64,000 bases of DNA, from NCBI GenBank assembly GCA_040357565.1, contig JBDODJ010000062.1, one strand, 5' to 3'. Positions 40,371 to 58,292 of this stretch are shown here, piece after piece. The position numbers and the translations under genes are program-made. The stretch is from Cercozoa sp. M6MM (taxonomy: Eukaryota > Protista > Endomyxa: Ascetosporea). Below the pieces are notes generated by a model. The model did no database searches and had not been told where the DNA came from. It saw nothing but the letters and a program-made list of their open reading frames with translations. The stretch's first letter is position 1; each line of letters begins with the position of its first letter.

Positions 40371-40509
40371 GAAAACCAACTATGTAGTTCCCCTGCACCA
40401 GTCCGGGGTGGGTCACAAGATGGCCGTGTCTACCACCCGCTTAGGGTAGGACCATACAACTCCCCTCTTGACATTCCCCCGACACCGACGTCGATTTCAT
40501 GGTTGGTGC
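40371..40509 (-). ncRNA. Structured ~140-nt element, copy A (paralogue of 62965-63110)
   Basis: Shares exact blocks of 35 nt and 31 nt with 62965-63112; substitutions keep the stems paired; ends in TTTT. Confidence 0.65.
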
Positions 40510-40546
40510 CGGTAGCCGGCCTCGATAACTAAACAAAACAAACAAA

Positions 40547-40766
40547 GGACAGACTTAGGGCCACCATTCTGGTGGCTGGAGCTGACTAAAAAGCGAGTTG
40601 GATAGCCCACCCTAAACCCAGGCGAGGACGGACCGGCACAGGGAAACTTGTTACTGACGGTTGTCAGTGAAAGCGGAGACTGCATCACGTAATCTGAGTC
40701 AGTCTGCCCGTAACAAACTACATACGATAGTTGGTTTCTTAGTAGACTGAACCAACTAAAAAAAAA
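40547..40766 (+). ncRNA. Structured element of the same family with an inserted stem-loop domain
   Basis: ggcacagggaaac (40635-40647), inserted stem ttgttac/gtaacaa, then actacatacgatagttggttt..gtagactgaaccaacta and an A-run. Strand assignment is uncertain. Confidence 0.45.
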
Positions 40767-42003
40767 CTAATCCTGCATGGCGTCCGACTCGGAGTCTTCA
40801 GCGTCACTGTCGCTCGCGTCGATGCCTTCCTTCCTCCGCACCTTGTTAGCAACGACCTCACGGAGTTCCTTCACCGCCGCTTGCGAGAGTTGCTGCGCCA
40901 TCTTCAGAGTGCCTGTTCAACGGGTTTCAGCGAGTAGGAGGTACCCCAACGCCCCTGGCCAGTATCCTGATTAAAACAACATACCAAAGAACTCGTCGTT
41001 GGAACGGAACTTGCGCGAGCGGAACTGTGAGAAAACGAGGGTGTCCTCGCCGTTGAGAAAGGCGAGTGTGCCGCATCTGCAGCAAGCAACTTGTGTGCGT
41101 GCGTGTGTGTGTAATATCTAAGAGGAGTACACTCGAAGCACGGCCTCCTCATCGGCCAGCGGGTCCACAATGAAGTCGTCGTCCTCGTCAAGACCCGCCG
41201 TGGCGGCGCCAATCACTCCGCGCAGAGGCACGCCGGCGTCCATGAGGGCGCCCACGCAGGCGTTCAGCGCACACGAGAGCAGCGCGCCGTCGTCGCGCAC
41301 CACCTGGACAGCGATGGCCACCACGCAGCGGGGGTGCAGCTCCCTCTGTACGCACAGTTATACATACAATATATACATACATTATATACATACATATATA
41401 TATATATATAACATTATACTTATCGGTGTGCATGCATGTGAAAAGTACCATCACAACAGTCTTAAGCGTATTCTCGATGGCGTACTCGCAGGCAACCTCG
41501 TCGCCACTGCTGGTACCGGAGGCTCGCGACCACGTGACTGCCAATATACATATATATATATATATATATGCATGTGTGTATATATATATATATATATGCA
41601 TGTGTGTATATATATGCATGTGTGTATTTAAGTATAGATACAATTGTATATATGCAGTTAAAGCACACACACACCCTGTAGCCTGGCGCCGTCTATTTGC
41701 TCGCGACGCGGCGCATCGGCGATCGGGCCGGTGACACTGCAGACGACTGCAAGGACACTGCACATACCAAAACGCACAGTGTAGTCAGTGCTACCCTCAG
41801 TGTCGCCGTTTCTCCACCGACAGCTGCCATCCGCACGGGCAAGAACGCCCAACTCGCACGTCAGCGGGCGAGACTCGCGTTTCTTACTGTCCAGCACGCA
41901 CAAGGACAATGCAACCAACCCCCCCCCCCCACACATCCCATCACATTTTATAGTACCGCCCGTCTGCGCGAGTGTCGCCGATATGCGCTGATTTGTGCTC
42001 CAT
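40767..42003 (-). CDS. EXOSC5: Exosome complex component RRP46 (RNase PH fold)
   Basis: RPLTCELGVLARADGS, VVCSVTGP, HPRCVVAIAVQVVRDDGALLSCALNACVGALMDAGVPL, DPLADEE. Confidence 0.92.
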
Positions 42004-42751
42004 TGGCAAACAAGTACACTGTTACGCCGTCCGCACTCTCTCTACGCAAGAAAGCGCGCTCAGCGTCAAGTGGCGGTATTTGTTAAGGCTGCTGCAAGCT
42101 TCACCCTCGGTCCATGCCAAACTGGCCCCCGAGACAGTGTTTAACGCCAGCAAACTCGTGCCGTTGTGTAATACGCCTCAACGTTGCTTTGGGCAACGTG
42201 AATCGTCAGCGAGAGTGGCCGGTTGTTGCCGAGTGGGCGATCAGTTTTCGACGGTGCTTTTGGATCATAGCTCACGTGTGGTACCATTTGCTATCAGCAT
42301 TCTGTATTGTTTGGTTTGTGAAATAACCGTGAATTGGGTTCTGCAGAAGTGAAATCGCTTTGTTTACTGGCCACACGCACGGCATCAGGCTGGTTTGAAA
42401 TGTGCCTTTTTCACTTCGCGGAAATTGATTGATCAGTTGATTTTATTGCCCGGCATAAGCCAGAGAGCCGTGTGACGCCCGCATACGCACAAATACGAGC
42501 GCGCTTTGTGTGATTGTATGTTGTGTGCGTCTCCTCAACATACTGTATCGTTTTGTTGGTTGTTCATTTGATCGTTCCACACGTTGATTGTTTTGGAGTT
42601 TCTGTTGTTTGCGCGGCCTGATTTGGCGCGCAATCGTGTCATCAAGTGATTTGTGTGCGTGTGTGTTGCGTTCAGTGACGCTGAGAGGTGTGTCGTGTCG
42701 TTTTACCGCGAGGCCATTTTCAGTGCGTTTTGAATGATTGATTCAGTTGTA

Positions 42752-48472
<5,721 letters not shown>

Positions 48473-48556
48473 GTTGCTCCTTGAGTCTCGTCACGTCAGT
48501 TTGCAACTCGAGCTCACGTCAGCTCGTACTGTGCTAATTTAATATAAAGTTCAGTC

Positions 48557-48645
48557 GTTCGCGAGTTGAGTTCCAGTCTACCGACTGACACGCTCGGCTA
48601 AGAGTAGTTGGTTTCATAGTAGACTGAACTAACTAACTAACGAAC
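48557..48645. repeat. Imperfect palindrome built from two inverted copies of the GTAGACT/AACTAACT module
   Basis: agttgagttccagtctac (48564-48581) pairs with gtagactgaactaact (48619-48634); outer pair gttcg/cgaac. Confidence 0.7.
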
Positions 48646-48689
48646 TATACAACAATCAGGTGAGTGTGTTGTACATGTCGCATCCATGA

Positions 48690-51278
48690 TCACGCCGACT
48701 CGGCCACGTGCGCCAGCGTGCGGCAGAAGGCGTGCACCAACGAGGCTGCGAGTTCGCGGTTGTCGGGACTCGTGCTGCCACCGGTGCCAACTCCGTCGCT
48801 GACGACAGCCTCGTGGCACGCCGTCACTGTCACCGTCATCTCTTGCGCTGGAAGCGGGGGGGGGGGAACAGGAAAGAGCAAGGATAAGAGGGATAGGAGG
48901 GGTAAAAAGCAAAGCGATACCATCATTGGCGGTGCAGAAGTCGAAGCGAAGTGAGCGACCGAACGGATTCGCCGTGGCGGCCACTGATCACACCGACGAT
49001 TTAGACCCCCTTACTTTCTTTACCCCCCCCCCCCCCTCTTACCTAGAGCAGCATGCGGCAGCTGCAGACAGCCGTAGTTGTTGAGACACGTCGAGGCGAC
49101 GCAACTGGCCAGCACGGTCGGCACCGAAGGCGTGCACTTCTCCAGCGCCGCCGTTGCTCCCGTCTCTACCCGAAGGTTAAAGGTAGGATAAGGAGGGCAA
49201 GGTGTAAGGGGGTGAAGGCAGTGTACCCCACAGCGCACGCAGCGCCGGCAGCAGCAGCACATTGAACGGCATGTACATACTCGCGCATGCACGCCGATAC
49301 GCCTCGACCTTGCCGCCCTCCAGGTGCTTCATCTTGCGCTCTACTGAGAGTTAAACAGGGACGGTTCAAGGGACGATTAAAGGGGCGTTAACAGGGGTAG
49401 AGGATTAAAGTCCACCATGCACGCGCTGCGCCACGGCCCAAAAATCCTCGTTTTCGTCGCTTTCGTCGCCGCCGAACGGATTCGCGAGTGTCACCACGAA
49501 AAAGTAGTTTCCTATCGACTTCTCTGCATTCAGGGGGGGGGGGGAATAGGGAAAGTAAACGGGAAGAGTGGCATAACCCACCGATGTCGGGGAACTCCTT
49601 TCGCAACGATACCGGTGTCACCGAGGCCGCACTTCGCAATACCTGAAGGCGGTAGGGGGTAAAGAGGGGGGTGAATGGGGTAAAGAAAGGGGTAAAGAGA
49701 GGAGCAAAGAGGGGGGTAAAGACGGAGAGAGGGGGTAATGAACCTCGTGACACACGCGCATGCCGACGGTGGTCAAAACCGTGTCGATCGGAATTTCGCG
49801 TCGCTTGCACGCGCGCAGCAATGCCGCTACGTCGACCTGTAAACAATCCTATCCCCTCTTTACCCCCTTTACCCTTACCCTACCCTCACCCCTACCCTTA
49901 TCCCCACCCCTACCCTTACCCCCACCCCTACCCTACCCTTACCCCATACTCCCTTTACCCCCTACCACACGAGTCTCCAGAGCAAAGGCTTCACGCAAAG
50001 GCGTCAATTTCTCTCTGCACAGGGGGGTTAACAGAGGGGTGAACAAGGGATAAAAGAATAAATGGGAGGGGTAAACACACACATGCGGCCTGAGAACAGA
50101 GTGCATCTCGCGCGTTTTTCGAAACAAGGAGCGCGCCGCCTCGTTTTCGTCGCTCGCGTCGGCGGAAAAAAGCGCCACGGGCGGCACGTCGATTCGCGTC
50201 TTTTCCTCCACTGTTTCGGGCAGTCCCGCTCGCACTGCCTCCTCTATCTCTGGGGTAACAGGGGGTAAACGGGGGGGGGGTAAATAGGAGAATAAACAGG
50301 AGGATAAACAGGAGGTAAAACAGGGGTAAACAGGGGGTAAAACAGGGGGTAAAACAGGGGTAAACACGGGTAGAACAGGGGGTAAAACAGGGGGTAAAAC
50401 GGGGGGCAAATGGGGGGTAAAACTACCACTCACATCGTCGAAGAGAAAGTGCAGCAGCACGCGCGCAATGCCGGCGCAGCCCAGTCCGTCGACCAGCAGG
50501 TGCGACGCACTCACCGTCATTCCGACGCACGCCTCGCTGCCCTCGCGCACGATGGCTCGCACTCGCCACAGCGGCGCTTCGTGCCACTCAAAGCTCTGCA
50601 CACCCGCATCGCACATCTTTCGCCAATCCCACGCAAAGCTTTCGCCAATCTCACGCAAAGCTTTCACTCTTTTAGCAACGCGTTCACAATTTCACGCAAA
50701 GCTTTCACGCTTTTCAGCATAGTTTTCACACTTTCACGCAAAGCCATCCGCAAAGCCGTTACACTCTCACGCAAAACTATCGCATTCTCAAGCTTTCACG
50801 TGAGACATAGACGCGTTTACCACTTGTTTCAACTCGTTTTCGAGCGCCTTGTGCAGCGTGGCACTTCGGTTCAGCAGCGCGTCGCTGGACTCGACCTGCG
50901 GAGCGGCGAAGGCGCGCTCGGCGGCCGCAGCATCGAAGGCGTGCAGTGCCATGCGAATGCCACGCGAACTGACATCCAGAGTCGCGCGCAGAGTCGGAAC
51001 TTCGCGAAAGCAGCGAATCGTCGCAAGTTTCAGCTGCTGCAGCGTCACTTCGCTCTCCAGGTCTAAATCCGCACAAAGCCAAACAACTGACGGCACGAGA
51101 TGGAGAGAGGGGAGAGAGAATGTACACAGGCCGAAGATGGCTCCAGGTGTGCCGGATGGCGCTAAAGTAAACAAGCACCGGAGCAAGAGTAAAGAAAAAA
51201 AGAAAAGGGCAAGAACTGAAACAACTTACGCTGGAAAAAGCCCTCACAGCAAACGAGATTTTGCAAATGCTGAGACAT
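48690..51278 (-). CDS. CoA-dependent acyltransferase of the condensation/alcohol acetyltransferase (AATase/PapA5-like) superfamily
   Basis: PTLRATL, PLWRV, catalytic SHLLVDGLG (HxxxDG), LLRACKRREIPIDTVL, PVSLR. Confidence 0.75.
50612..50820 (-). repeat. Intronic degenerate tandem repeat (GCTTTGCGTGA...)n
   Basis: Repeated tcacgcaaagc units on the plus strand, between a gtaaac donor and a gcgaaag acceptor. Confidence 0.8.
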
Positions 51279-51459
51279 AACCCTTGCACGTCTATACTTA
51301 TGAATGGGACCTGCTAGCAGTTCGCACTCCAGTTTAGCAGTATAATTGCAGTATCTATGAGTGCTCGTCTCGAAATTATTGGATTTGGGGTTCTCAGAAT
51401 TGTCCGGGTCTCTTTTGTGTAGTAAAATAAAAAACAATCGAGCGGGAGCGTCGGTGTGA

Positions 51460-52604
51460 TTAGCTGCCACAGCACCAGGTGTTGGAGTTGCCGCTGTTGA
51501 GATCTACGGTGCCTTGTTGCTCTTGTTGCTTCTGCAGCATCTCTTCTCGCCGACGCACGTACTGCGGAGGAGGTTAAAGAAGCGGGGGGGGGGGGGTAAA
51601 GGGGTAGACGGGCGTAAATGAGAAGGTGAAGGGAAGGGTGTAGTACCTCCTCGATGGCGTGGTTGAACATGTCGTCGACACCGTCGCCCGTGAGCGACGA
51701 CGTCTCAAAGTACTTGACCTCCTCGCGCAGTCGCTCGTGCTGCAGCGCCTCGATGTCGGCCGCCGGGACCTGTCAGTCACAGCAACTTAAATCTCACATC
51801 CGCGCGGAAGCCTGAGGTCACACCAGAAAGGCCAGGGTACCACTCGCTTCGACTGATCGCTTTTGGTGCCGCACAGCAGCAACTGACCCTGCAGAAAGTA
51901 ACAGAGAGGGTGAGAGAAGATAAAGAGAGGTTAAGAATGGGGGGTAACAGTACCGTAGCATTGTGCCGACGCACCTCTTGCACCCACCTGGTCACGTGTT
52001 CGAACGAGTCGTACGCGTTCAGATCAAAGCACACCACGATGGCGTGCGCACCTGTGGGAAGGGTACAAGGGGGACAAGGAGAGTAAAGGGGGAAGGGGTA
52101 CCGCTGTAGTAAGCGCGCGTAATGGCACGGAAACGCTCCTGCAGGTCAGGCCATTTCGTAGTTCTCATACATGCAAGCTTCCGCGCGGACAAAGATCTGT
52201 TTGAATACCTGACCGGCAGTGTCCCAGAGTTGCAGCTTGACCTGCTGGCCAGATGGACTGCTCTTGGGTGTCACCACCTTGACCAAGAAGTCCACGCCTG
52301 TCAGACAGTCACATTACATACCACACTGATTCTGACTGGCTGAACAAATTGACTGATGAAAGCTACCGATTGTGGAGATGTACGAAGGGTCGAAGGCACC
52401 GTTGCCAAACCTGCCAGCACACAAGGACAAAGTGACCCAATCAAAAGAAAAACCAGAGAACACACCGGTTCAGCAGCGCCGATTTACCGACACCTGCATC
52501 ACCAACAATCACGACCTTCATCCTGCCCACCAGACACAAATCTCGTCCCCTGTCAGACGCCGCATCCAGAAAACTCGGTACAGGATGTCGCGTTGCGAGT
52601 CCAT
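51460..52604 (-). CDS. Rab family small GTPase (Rab1/Rab8-like, divergent), 9 exons
   Basis: [41 protein letters not shown], FETSS, and C-terminal prenylation motif WCCGS*. Confidence 0.95.
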
Positions 52605-52976
52605 TTTGTGAAATATGTATCGCCGTTTCTCTGCAATCCCGAAAAGGCTCTAAACTGTGTCAGAACACGTTAAATTAACAGTGCACAGGCTGACAGCTGT
52701 TCTGCGTCGCGAGAGCAACCGCCACGAATCGCCACGACAAAAAACCACGAACAGTCGAGATGTCTTTCTCGCGTTTTTGCCTGCTTTTGTAGAGCTTTAT
52801 TGATCTTAATATCTATTTTATCGGTAAAAATGCAAACAATATTGTGTTTGGTGTGTGATAAGGCGTTCTTATTTTTTGTGGCGGTGGAATCGAGCTTTTC
52901 TGTTTTGGTTTTTGCTTTGTTTTCATCACTGTGAACCAGAACAGGGTGTTTGCCAGCATCAGTGAGCTTCACGAGC

Positions 52977-53994
52977 ATGATCGACTTAAAAAAGGAGCTC
53001 GTGTTCTATGGTGTGTGGAGACATATTATTGCCCATCAACTGAAAGAAAAACTTGGTTGTCATCTGCACAGGTGCATACCACAGCAACACAGGGAACGTC
53101 GTGATCCACGTTATTTTTGTGCCTCTGATCCGTACAATGTTCTCTTCTAGTCACAGCCTGTCGTGTTGGTTTCCAGTGTCGGTTATTTTACTATCCGCGC
53201 GCAGTCTTCACTGCCCAAGCAATGCTGAGTCAAGTTGCCTTGATGGTGAGGCGATTTTATTCGACTAATTGTTTGTTTCACTTGATTCCGTGCACTCACA
53301 GGAAGGTACAGTAGGCGATTTCTTGCCGGAAGCACTGCATGTCATCCCTTGCCTCTCGCAACTGCAGCTCACGCTTGGATTGGTCAGTTGAAGTGCAACT
53401 TGATTGGTTGATTGACTGACTGATCAACTGAAACACGACACTGCAGGCTGTCACAGCGTTCTACACGGCGTATTACCTGCTGCTGGAACCGGTTCTTTCA
53501 ATCGTTGTGGCACCGACGCTCGTTGCTGGCATGTGTTTGGCGCAACAAGTCGCCACTATGGTACAAACACTCAAAGATCTAACGTCTCTGTTTCACTGAT
53601 TCATTATTTGACAGGACAACGCAATGTCGATTTGTGCTTTCCTGCACATTCTTAGCTGGGTCTTGCAGGTCCAAGTTGGGCACGTCATGTTGGAGAAACG
53701 CAAGCCTGCACTTATGGATGTCAGTTTTTATTACAGTATGTTGTTTGAGTGTTGGTTATGAAGTCAACTCTTAACTGAGCAGAGCTTTATGCAATCCTTC
53801 GTCACTGCCCCACTGTTTGTGGCACTGGAGGTCGCCTTCTTTTTTGGTACTGTATGGTCTGAACTGTCTTTGATCAGGCAGGATTATTGAGTCTTTCCCC
53901 CGCAGGTTACCGACGCGAACTGCAGCGCGAAGTGGACGCGGAGGTCAAGAAAATACACCAGCGCTGGCGAGAGGAAAGTGCGAAGGCGGACTGA
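52977..53994 (+). CDS. MPO1: Mpo1-like 2-hydroxy fatty acid dioxygenase (DUF962)
   Basis: MIDLKKELVFYGAYHSNTGNVVIHVIFVPLI, SWVLQVQVGHVMLEKRKPALMDSFMQSFVTAPLFV.LEV. Confidence 0.9.
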
Positions 53995-54155
53995 CGTGAC
54001 ACGACTTCAGTTCTAGTCGTATCAACTCGACTAACCGACTAACGTAAGTAACCGACTAACCGAAAGCGAAAACTGAAGTGAGACAAAGGGAATTTTTACT
54101 CGGCGGGCAGTTGTAGTAACGATTAAACCATTCGGACGTCAGGTATGTTGCCAGC

Positions 54156-54554
54156 TTAGAACATAAAGTCCTGGAAGATATCGTCGGTGGTCTTGTTGGC
54201 TTTCTTGGGCTTGTTGGTCTTTTGCGCGTTCTTGCTGGAGGCGCGCGACGTGATGTTCTTGGTGCTCTGCGAGTACAGGTTGCATGCATACAGATAGCCA
54301 AAAGAGTGCTGTGAAAGCTGGTGCAAGTTACGCGCTTCATCTTCTCATCTTCGATGGCCTTGTGCCACATGGAGTCCTGCATTCACACCCAACACTCATA
54401 CCCAACACGTGGCCGGTGTGCCGGTGTGCCGGTGTGTGTGTGTGTGNNNNNNNNNNNNNNNNNNNNNNNNNNNNNNNNNNNNNNNNNNNNNNNNNNNNNN
54501 NNNNNNNNNNNNNNNNNNNNNNNNNNNNNNNNNNNNNNNNNNNNNNTGAGTGTT

Positions 54555-54606
<52 letters not shown>

Positions 54607-56117
54607 CTCGAAGAGTGTACCTTAGCGAACGCATGGTTCTGAAGCCTGGTGAGCAGCTACACAAACACACACGCAGATACAACAAGGTCGGGGGGGGGGG
54701 GTAGTTTTTCGAACCGCGTTGCGTCCTCGGCGAATCGCCAAAGTCTCGGCTTCCTCATCCACAGCGTCGAGCGGCTACGCAAGGAGTAAAAGGGAAGAAA
54801 GGAAAGTGAAGGGGGGGGGTAAATTTACCGACTCATGCGGCAACAAGTCATCGAACTNNNNNNNNNNNNNNNNNNNNNNNNNNNNNNNNNNNNNNNNNNN
54901 NNNNNNNNNNNNNNNNNNNNNNNNNNNNNNNNNNNNNNNNNNNNNNNNNNNNNNNNNTCTGAAGCCTGGTGAGCAGCTACACAAACACACACGCAGATAC
55001 AACAAGGTCGGGGGGGGGGGGGTAGTTTTTCGAACCGCGTTGCGTCCTCGGCGAATCGCCAAAGTCTCGGCTTCCTCATCCACAGCGTCGAGCGGCTACG
55101 CAAGGAGTAAAAGGGAAGAAAGGAAAGTGAAGGGGGGGGGGTAAATTTACCGACTCATGCGGCAACAAGTCATCGAACTCGGGGCGCAGGTGCTAGGCAA
55201 AAGGTACAGTCAAAGGGGAGGGGGGTAAACTGGAGAAGGAAGACACTACCTTGGCACCACGTCGCTGGCGCAGCACCTCTGCCTTTGCCTGCACAATTGC
55301 AAGTGAGGTGGCCGCAGGGGGGAAGGTCAAGAGAAGATATACCTGCACGCGAGCCTTGGCATCGATGATGCCGCGCAACTCGCGCGAGCCGAATTCAATA
55401 CGACGCCGACTCTGGGTCTGCACTCAGGGAGTATATCGGCAAAGACAGGGAGGGTGGGGTGGAATGGGTAAGGGTACAGCACGCAAGCTCTTCTGCGCAG
55501 CGAGCGCTCGCTTGTACTTGTTCAAGTCGCCGACCTTCTTGGACTCATAGACCTTATCCAGCAGTGCCTCCTGCTGCGCCAGCTCATTGCGTTCGACATC
55601 TGTCTCAGTTTAGTCGAACATGAGATAGGAAAGTGAATGCACTGACACGGGCAAAGCAGTACCCTCGAGGATTGCGGCCTCGCGCTGCAGCTGCGACAGG
55701 TCGAAGGGCATGCCGGCATGCTTGGCTACATCCAAGGGTGTAAATCTTATCTGTATATATATTCTATATGCAAGAACTACGCGTGTGCTCGACGAGCTCG
55801 ACGTCCGTGTCGCCCAGAGCAGCCTGCAGACGTCGCAGGTGTCGCTTCTTGTTGCGCGCCTGTTAGCACAATTGAAAACTTACAGACACACACACACAAG
55901 GCCAGAAAGCATGGTGGGCCTACCGTCTCCACGATGAACTGGAAGACCGGCCGCTCGCGGAACCACTTGTCCTGCTGCAGTCGCACGCCTGCACACAGTG
56001 TGTTACATTAGAGTCAGACACACTACTGGCAGCATAAATACCAGCCAGCGGGTTCTGTTCCGTGGCGCGGCTTTGGAAGACCTGAAGCCAACACATTATA
56101 GATACATACATACATAT

Positions 56118-56153
<36 letters not shown>

Positions 56154-56899
56154 GCGTGTATGCATAACACCCAGGTATACCTGCAGTTGAGCCAAACGGT
56201 TGGCATCGGCGTCATTGTAGCCGCGACGACGCATCTCGGCGTACGCGTGCTGTCAACACAGTGGTGTATATATCTACGCACATACACAACGCCCCACAAA
56301 CACACCTCGTAAAGCATAGACTTGCGGGTCGTGTTCTTTGAGTAGTTCTTGGCTTGCACGTCAAAGTAAGCGGCGTTGCGGTCCCACTTTGCCTAAACAT
56401 ACGGTGCAGATGAGCGTGCAAATTAATTGGACAAACTGACAATCTACCTGGCCGGCATCGGGCGCAGCTTCTTCCGGACTCACCTAAGGAAACAGAACAG
56501 AAAAATAGACAGCGAAATTAATGGCTGTGTGGTGCAGAGGCGATGGTACAGTGGGCATGCGTACACGGTCCAACTTCGGAGGTGCCGGCCACCCTGTCAC
56601 AAATGTGTATGAGCACACAAGCACATCAATCCAATGTCAGAAGATACATTTAGCAAAATGAGGCGGCTGTCGCTTGTGCGCGTCCACCTACACACGGCAC
56701 GCAGGTCAGACAGCCAGGACAGCAAACACGGCCAGTACCCATCGCAACGGACGGAAGTAGCCGCCCTTTTGCCAGTCGCGCACGACCTATTTTCCCGTAT
56801 ACTTCGTGTTGTGCAAACCAAAGAAAAAACAATCGCAAGTAAGTGCACCTCGGCGAGCGACCAGCGCGCGGGGTCTCGAAGCTTGTGCAGCTGCGCCAT
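54156..56899 (-). CDS. Multi-exon protein, possibly mitochondrial ribosomal protein mS23/Rsm25; contains two N gaps
   Basis: The exon structure is clear. The N-terminus VVRDWQKGGYFRPLRWVDAHKRQPP...PKLDRVRMP and LYEHAYAEMRRRGYNDADA loosely resemble mS23, so the family call is weak. Confidence 0.4.
54638..55179. other. ~220-bp direct duplication flanking N gap 54858-54957 (probable scaffolding overlap)
   Basis: 54638-54857 equals 54958-55179 except for G-homopolymer lengths. Confidence 0.85.
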
Positions 56900-57062
56900 C
56901 TGCTGGTGCTGTGCGTTGTCACTCTTAGCCCTGCGTCAGCACTCGACCCGGTCGCGCGACATTCTTTAAGTTTTGTCCACTTTCGCCCGCCTATGTACGA
57001 ATTGGACAAGATCATCGCAGAGCTTGGCGCGAAGGCGCACTAAATGACAACTTTTGTGCTTT

Positions 57063-58292
57063 ATGACATCTAGATTTGCGCCAAGAATTGTTCTGCAAAC
57101 GAGCAGCCTCTGCCATGTATTCATGTATCCAGATTTTTTGAGTTTTGCTTCCATGATCATTTGTGTCGGTTGGTAGGTGTTGAAACGTGGAGAGTGTCCT
57201 TTCGAGATTCTGCGCTTAAGAACTCAAGAGGTCGCAGAATACTATAGTCACACACTATGTCGCGACTCGAATGAGTGTGTGTGTGTTCTTGCGCAGCTGT
57301 GCGGCACGCCGTTTTCTTATGTTGATATTGCCTATCACGAAGAAACGTTGTATGGTGTGCCAGTCAAGTGTATCTGTAACTGTGTTTGTCTTGGACAAAG
57401 TTGCACCTATGTACAGTGGGCGAACTGTCCGGGAGGAAGGATGCCTGGCGAGTGCCATTCGGCCGAGCACACATGAACAACTTGCCGACTCGCGAGTTCT
57501 CGGACCGTTCGCTTCCTGATGTACCCTTTCGTTTGCCAACTTTGCTTTCGTGTCTGTACTTCTATTGCAACTTTTGCCTCGGCGTGCAGGTCATGCTGGG
57601 CGTCTGCGTGATTGCGCGCAATAGCAAGACAGAGCAGGTGCTGGTGGCCAAGCGAGGCGCCAGTGCAATGACCTTTCCGAACACCTTTGTATACCCGGGC
57701 GGGCACATCGAACCCGGCGAGTCGCTGCAGGTAAAGCTAAAGTTACACCTTACATGTCTCGTGCCTGTGCTCTAGATTTACAAGTGGAGTAACAGGCCTG
57801 TGGAAGCAGAGAAATCCGCGAAGAAACCAACATCGATGTGAACCAGGACTCTCTGAGACCGGTGTGTCTGTGGTTGTCGACTTACCCAGGTACCTCACTT
57901 TTCTTTGACCTCTTGCTGTCCAGTATCTCCTTCGGTTGCTTTTTTATCTTGTTTTATTCTGTTGCTTTACTGGTAAGTCGTGCCATTCGTTGCTATTTGG
58001 GCAGAACGACTGCCGATGAAAGCTCAGCATCTGGTGCTCGTGCTGGAAGGGACTGCTGCCAGCAGCGAGATTCGCATCGATCCTGCCGAGCTGGACCGTT
58101 TGTTTCCTTTTAGTTTTGTCTTTGTTGCTGCACCGTTGTTGAGCAGAGGCACTGTGGATGACGCCGCAACAGGTGGTGGAACTCGCACACACAGACGACG
58201 CCAACAACGACTTTCGCATCGTTCCTGAGGGACATCTGTTTGCGACGCACTTGCTGCTGGAGTCCCAGGGCACGAGTGCTCAGCATCGATAG
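57063..58292 (+). CDS. NUDT17: Nudix hydrolase, NUDT17-like
   Basis: VMLGVCVIA..EQVLVAKR...[32 protein letters not shown] (Nudix box), then PVCLWLSTYP and QHLVL. Confidence 0.82.

Noticed and set aside
40605-40640. HDV-like ribozyme (UCCUCGC loop on the minus strand) or hammerhead (GAAAC)
   Set aside because: No upstream P1/P2 partner strands for HDV, and no CUGANGA core for a hammerhead.
54638-55179. Apparent exon duplication in the mS23-like gene
   Set aside because: The copies abut a 100-N gap and differ only in homopolymer length, which is typical of an unmerged contig overlap.
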